This document shows positions 29,877-32,000 of a stretch of 32,000 nucleotides of DNA, one piece after another (position 1 is the first letter of the stretch; each line of letters opens with the position of its first letter). The translations under genes were made by a program, and so were the position numbers. The stretch covers positions 3,300,001 through 3,332,000 of the forward strand of contig NZ_CP066018.1 of the NCBI RefSeq assembly GCF_016127575.1, given 5' to 3'. The DNA comes from Cupriavidus necator. GTDB taxonomy: Bacteria > Pseudomonadota > Gammaproteobacteria > Burkholderiales > Burkholderiaceae. The notes beneath the pieces are model-generated. The model was not told the DNA's origin and ran no database searches. It saw only the letters and a program-made list of their open reading frames with translations.

Positions 29877-32000
29877 TCAGATGGCGAGGGCGGCGAGCAA
29901 GTCCTGTTCAAGCTGAATCTGCAATCGGTTGTCGGCAGCCAGGCGGCTGCCGTCGACCAGGAACACGTCTTCGACGCGTTCGCCCAGGGTGTTGATGCGT
30001 GCCGTGTGGACGGATACGCGATGCCGTGCCAGTACGCGGGCGATGGCGTACAGCAGGCCGGTGCGGTCGTTGGCGGACAGCGACAGCAGGTAATACTGGC
30101 CGCGCTCGTCGGGGCGCAGGTCCACGCGCGGCTTGATCGGGAAGCTGCGCGACTGGCGCGACAGCCGCCCCTGCGTGGGTTCGGGCAGTGCGCCTTGCAG
30201 GCGCAGCCGCTCGCACAGTTCGTGCTCGACCAGCGCGATGATGTCGCGGTAGCTGCCGCCGTCGCCGGCCATGCCGGGGTCGGTGACCTGGAACGTGTCC
30301 AGCGCGTAGCCGTGGCGCGTGGTGTGGATCTTGGCGTCCTGGATCGAGAATGCCTTGCGCTCGAAGTAGCCGCAGATGCGCGCGAACAGGTCGGGCTGGT
30401 CCTTGACGTAGACCGCCACCTGCAGGCCTTCGCCGGCGGGGGAGACGCGTGCCTTGACCACCGGCGTGGGGCTGTCCACCTTGTTGTACAGGTGGCGCGT
30501 GAGCCAGGCGATATCGTGCGAATCGTGGCGCAGGAAGAAAGCCACGTCGAGCTGCGCCCACAGGGACTTGCCCAGCGCCGGGTCGAAGGCCTTCAGGCGC
30601 AGCTCGGAGATGGTGTCTTCCTTGCGCTGCGACCACAGCGAATGCGAATCCACGCGCGCGCCGCCGAGCACGCGCAGCGTGATGTGGTACAGGTCTTCCA
30701 GCAGCTTGCCCTTCCACGCGTTCCATACCTTGGGACTGGTGCCGCGGATGTCGGCCACGGTCAGCAGGTAGAGCGCGGTCAGGTAGCGTTCGCTGCCGAC
30801 CACGCGGGCAAAGGCGTGGATCACATCGGGATCGGTCAGGTCCTGCTTCTGCGCCACGTGGCTCATGGTCAGGTGGTGCTCGACCAGCCAGCAGACCAGG
30901 TCGGCGTCTTCGCGCGCAATGCCGTGCTGCTTGCAGAAGCGGCGCGCATCCACGGTGCCAAGCTTCGAGTGGTCGCCGCCGCGGCCCTTGGCGATGTCGT
31001 GGAACAGCGCTGCCACCCACAGCACCCACGGCTTGTCGAAGCTGGCCATCAGCTGGCTGCAGAACGGGAACTCGTGGGTGTGCTCGACGATGGCGAAGCG
31101 GCGCATGTTGCGCACCACCATCAGGATGTGCTGGTCCACGGTGTAGACGTGGAACAGGTCGTGCTGCATCTGGCCGACGATGCGCCGGAAGTTGATCAGG
31201 TAGCGGCCCAGCACGCTGGTCTGGTTCATCAGGCGCAGCGCGTGGGTGATGCCCTGCGGCTCCTGCATGATGGCCAGGAACAGGCGGCGGTTTTCCGGAT
31301 CGTTGCGCCAGCCCGCATTCATCACGGTGCGCGCGTTGTACAGCCCGCGCAGCGTGCGCGGCGACAGGCCTTTCACGCCGGGCGTGCGCTGGTACAGCAG
31401 GAAGGTTTCCAGGATCGCGTGCGGGTCGCGTTCATAGATGTCGTCGCTGGTGATTTCCAGCATGCCCTGGCGCTCGACAAAGCGCTCGTTGAGCACGCGC
31501 GTCACCTGAGACTCGCTCGGGAACAGCATCGCCTCGATGTTCAGCAGCAGCACGCTGTTGAGCTGCGTGACTGCCTTGGCCGCCCAGTAGTAGCGGCGCA
31601 TCAGTTGTTCGCTGGCGCGCTTGCTGGTGGTCTGGCGATAGCCGAAGGACTCCGCCAGCGCGGTCTGCAGGTCGAATACCAGCACGTCCTGGCGCCGGCC
31701 GGCCACCAGGTGCAGGCGCGCGCGGATGGTCTTGAGCAGGCGCTCGTTGCGCGCGAGCTCCTGCGCTTCGCGCTGCGTCAGCAGGCCGCGCTCGAAAAGT
31801 TCTTTCCAGCTGTCGCCCAGGCCCGCCGCCTTGGTCATCCACAGGATCACCTGCAGATCGCGCAGGCCGCCGGGGCTTTCCTTGCAGTTGGGCTCGAGCG
31901 AGTAGGGCGTGTCCTGGTACTTGGCGTGGCGCTGGCGCATTTCCAGCAGCTTGGCCTGGAAGAACGCGGCCGGGTCCAGGTCGGCGAGGTAGCGCGTACG
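29877..32000 (-). CDS. glnD: [Protein-PII] uridylyltransferase/uridylyl-removing enzyme, 5-prime end outside the window
   Basis: The frame stays open from 31940 up to position 32000 ([20 protein letters not shown] precedes the first M of the track ORF). It has an HD domain ([16 protein letters not shown]) and two C-terminal ACT domains. [11 protein letters not shown] is typical of GlnD. Confidence 0.92.
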   Translation of the reverse strand, partial: RTRYLADLDPAAFFQAKLLEMRQRHAKYQDTPYSLEPNCKESPGGLRDLQVILWMTKAAGLGDSWKELFERGLLTQREAQELARNERLLKTIRARLHLVAGRRQDVLVFDLQTALAESFGYRQTTSKRASEQLMRRYYWAAKAVTQLNSVLLLNIEAMLFPSESQVTRVLNERFVERQGMLEITSDDIYERDPHAILETFLLYQRTPGVKGLSPRTLRGLYNARTVMNAGWRNDPENRRLFLAIMQEPQGITHALRLMNQTSVLGRYLINFRRIVGQMQHDLFHVYTVDQHILMVVRNMRRFAIVEHTHEFPFCSQLMASFDKPWVLWVAALFHDIAKGRGGDHSKLGTVDARRFCKQHGIAREDADLVCWLVEHHLTMSHVAQKQDLTDPDVIHAFARVVGSERYLTALYLLTVADIRGTSPKVWNAWKGKLLEDLYHITLRVLGGARVDSHSLWSQRKEDTISELRLKAFDPALGKSLWAQLDVAFFLRHDSHDIAWLTRHLYNKVDSPTPVVKARVSPAGEGLQVAVYVKDQPDLFARICGYFERKAFSIQDAKIHTTRHGYALDTFQVTDPGMAGDGGSYRDIIALVEHELCERLRLQGALPEPTQGRLSRQSRSFPIKPRVDLRPDERGQYYLLSLSANDRTGLLYAIARVLARHRVSVHTARINTLGERVEDVFLVDGSRLAADNRLQIQLEQDLLAALAI

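Overview
High-GC (roughly two-thirds G+C by eye, not computed) betaproteobacterial chromosome, most consistent with a Cupriavidus/Ralstonia-like Burkholderiaceae. This assignment is an inference from the many Bug/TctC binding proteins, the dapC-dapD-dapE-prmB and smc-zipA-ligA synteny, and the GGGAGAGGG REP-type repeats.

The window is mostly conserved core genome. Gene content from left to right:
- A peptide/opine-type ABC importer: a permease cut by the window edge, plus a family-5 binding protein.
- A MarR regulator divergent from a small carboxylate/CoA module (Bug binding protein, quinone oxidoreductase, family III CoA-transferase).
- tRNA-Val(GAC) with a near-consensus promoter and an intrinsic terminator.
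- An acyl-CoA synthetase and a second Bug protein.
- A hipBA toxin-antitoxin module.
- A long minus-strand array: dapC, dapD, a small tail-anchored protein, yffB/arsC-family, dapE, prmB, a small hypothetical, and an MFS transporter.
- An EamA/DMT transporter and a diiron ferritin-like protein.
- smc-zipA-ligA-def.
- An RluF/RluB-family pseudouridine synthase with a very long Arg-rich repeat extension.
- The 3-prime two thirds of glnD, which runs off the window.

I see no CRISPR array, transposase, integrase, phage genes or recognisable multi-gene defence island. I cannot honestly claim a novel system here.

Observations most worth a second look:
1. hipBA with three operator-like repeats spaced exactly 50 bp apart around its promoter.
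2. An apparent 1-nt frameshift that cuts the conserved C-terminal helix off ZipA.
3. The hierarchical 30/60/99-bp tandem repeats encoding about 19 RPRR decapeptides in the pseudouridine synthase.
4. A REPIN-like inverted REP doublet between dapC and dapD.
5. Two small uncharacterised ORFs embedded in the dap/prmB array.

The many long ORFs antisense to real genes are typical high-GC shadow ORFs and were rejected.
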